A stretch of 64,000 nucleotides of DNA, from positions 12,800-76,799 of the forward strand of contig SVRP01000004.1 in assembly GCA_015064735.1 (NCBI GenBank), read 5' to 3'. The DNA is from Oscillospiraceae bacterium. Lineage in GTDB: Bacteria > Bacillota > Clostridia > Oscillospirales > CAG-272. The position numbers were made by a program, and so were the translations under genes. This document shows positions 62,922 through 64,000 of this stretch, piece after piece. Position 1 is the first letter of the stretch, and each line of letters begins with the position of its first letter. The notes under the pieces are model-generated. The model was not told the DNA's origin, made no database searches, and saw only the letters and a program-made list of their open reading frames with translations.

Positions 62922-63830
62922 ATGATCATTACAAATATTACGGGAATAGGCGATCCCCAGATTATCCTTTTTGAGGGTGTTTATTATTGCTATGCAACTA
63001 CCCCCGCAAGCGAAAACAAAAACTTTTACGTTTGGAAAAGTGATGATCTCGTAAATTGGAGCGATAAAATACTTTGTTTTGAAGCGTCAAAAGCTTGGGG
63101 AGACAGAGATTTTTGGGCACCTGAGGTGGTATATCACAACGGGAAATTTATTATGCACTATTCTGCAAGAAGAGCAGAGGATAACTCGCTTCGTTTGGGT
63201 GTTGCCGTATCCGACAGCCCGGAAGGACCCTTTACCGACGTTTACGGGAAGCCTATGTTTGACCTCGGATACGCAACGATCGACGGATCGGTGCTCATAT
63301 GCGAGGAGGGAAATTTCTTCTATTATTCAAGAGATTGCTCCGAAAACTGGGTTGACGGAGTAAGACTTAGTCAAACCTATTGTATGAAGCTTGATGATAC
63401 ACTCACCAAGGTAATAAGCGAGCCGATGCTTATGACTACGCCGACAGAGGAATATGAAAGAAAATCTCTCCACGTAAGGTCGAAGCCCACCCTTTGGAAC
63501 GAAGGACCTACAGTTATAAAGCTTGGAAACAAGTACGTAATGAACTATTCTACCAATTATTTCGGTAGCAACGATTACGCGATTTGCGTTGCGACTGCAG
63601 ATCATCCTCTAGGACCTTGGAAAAAGTCGGTGAATAATCCCGTGCTTTCCTGCAATCCCGACCTTTTCGGAGCAGGACATAATGCGTTCTTCAAGACTAA
63701 GAACGGTGAACTGTATACTTCCTTCCATATACAGACATATCCTGACAACCCCAGCGGAGACAGAAGAACCGTAATAGGAAAGGTTACGTTCAGTGAAAAG
63801 AACGGCGATATTTTCGAGGAAATAGAATAA
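62922..63830 (+). CDS. glycoside hydrolase family 43
   Basis: GDPQIILFEGVYY, WAPEVVYHNGKF, IDGSV, NEGPTV and GHNAFF five-bladed-propeller blocks. Confidence 0.88.
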   Translation: MIITNITGIGDPQIILFEGVYYCYATTPASENKNFYVWKSDDLVNWSDKILCFEASKAWGDRDFWAPEVVYHNGKFIMHYSARRAEDNSLRLGVAVSDSPEGPFTDVYGKPMFDLGYATIDGSVLICEEGNFFYYSRDCSENWVDGVRLSQTYCMKLDDTLTKVISEPMLMTTPTEEYERKSLHVRSKPTLWNEGPTVIKLGNKYVMNYSTNYFGSNDYAICVATADHPLGPWKKSVNNPVLSCNPDLFGAGHNAFFKTKNGELYTSFHIQTYPDNPSGDRRTVIGKVTFSEKNGDIFEEIE

Positions 63831-63976
63831 TCAAAGAAATGGCGGTATTTATTGAAAATATCGCCATTTTTTGCTAATTATTTTTGGAAAAAGTATTGAA
63901 AAGATTTGTAAAATATTGTATAATTAATTTGTATGCGAGATTAACGCAAAAATAATCAAAAAAGAGGTTTAGAACT

Positions 63977-64000
63977 ATGAAAATGAGAGCTCCTGCTGTG
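63977..64000 (+). CDS. start of an unidentified gene (8 codons, runs off window)
   Basis: ATG 63977 lies 9 nt after AAAGAGG (MKMRAPAV...). Too short to classify. Confidence 0.3.

Noticed and set aside
1-64000. Search for prophage, IS/transposon, integrase, toxin-antitoxin or known defence-system genes
   Set aside because: None of the translated ORFs shows recombinase, transposase, capsid/terminase, restriction, helicase-nuclease or Cas-like motifs that I can recognise. I therefore make no mobile_element or defence call despite the mosaic region.

Overview
64-kb chromosomal window that looks like a Gram-positive anaerobe, probably Clostridia/Oscillospirales-like. That guess rests only on SigA-type TTGACA-17-TATAAT promoters, GGAGG ribosome-binding sites, many lipoprotein signal peptides and the gene content. 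I call about 62 protein genes, one tRNA-Pro(UGG) plus a 38-nt fragment of a second copy, three riboswitches (preQ1-I, cobalamin, TPP) and many intrinsic terminators. I saw no rRNA, CRISPR array, transposase, integrase or phage genes.

Gene content, left to right:
- PHP phosphoesterase (partial), preQ1-controlled queT, an SGNH lipoprotein, and a YhaO/YhaN (SbcCD-like) pair.
- AraC regulator plus an ADP-ribosylglycohydrolase.
- A tight 7-gene minus-strand operon: uxaC-uxuA-SDR, two TIM-barrel isomerase/epimerase-like genes and two Gfo/Idh/MocA genes, with a divergent AraC regulator.
- Lipid kinase, MFS transporter and a two-component system.
- A B12-riboswitch-controlled DUF4430 lipoprotein plus a small membrane (ECF S-component-like) protein.
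- A GH39-like / amidohydrolase / HAD block, and a GT8 / acyltransferase envelope cluster.
- A compositionally mosaic stretch (about 36.0-44.5 kb): small membrane protein, ktrBA, XRE regulator, a TPP-riboswitch thiM-thiE-HAD-thiD-tenA operon, a truncated thiamine pyrophosphokinase, a GNAT gene and tRNA-Pro.
- Housekeeping genes: gdhA, gap, truB, trmB (fused to a nitroreductase), ychF.
- A second AraC / Gfo / TIM module, secreted lipoprotein hydrolases, an orphan response regulator with an HtrA-like protease, tandem mgtC paralogs and a GH43.

Most unusual observations:
1. A recurring junction motif and hairpin repeat family bracket unrelated genes in the 36-44.5 kb region. It lies next to a tRNA-Pro with a partial duplicate, and one repeat copy sits exactly where the thiN-like gene is truncated.
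2. A roughly 230-nt intergenic element at 20.56-20.79 kb folds into a tight multi-helix structure, has its own promoter and no coding potential.
3. Glucuronate-catabolic genes are coupled in one operon to a 2x Gfo/Idh/MocA + 2x TIM-barrel set. That set resembles known oxidation / beta-elimination sugar-cleavage pathways.

All functional calls come from motif recognition by eye. No database search was run.
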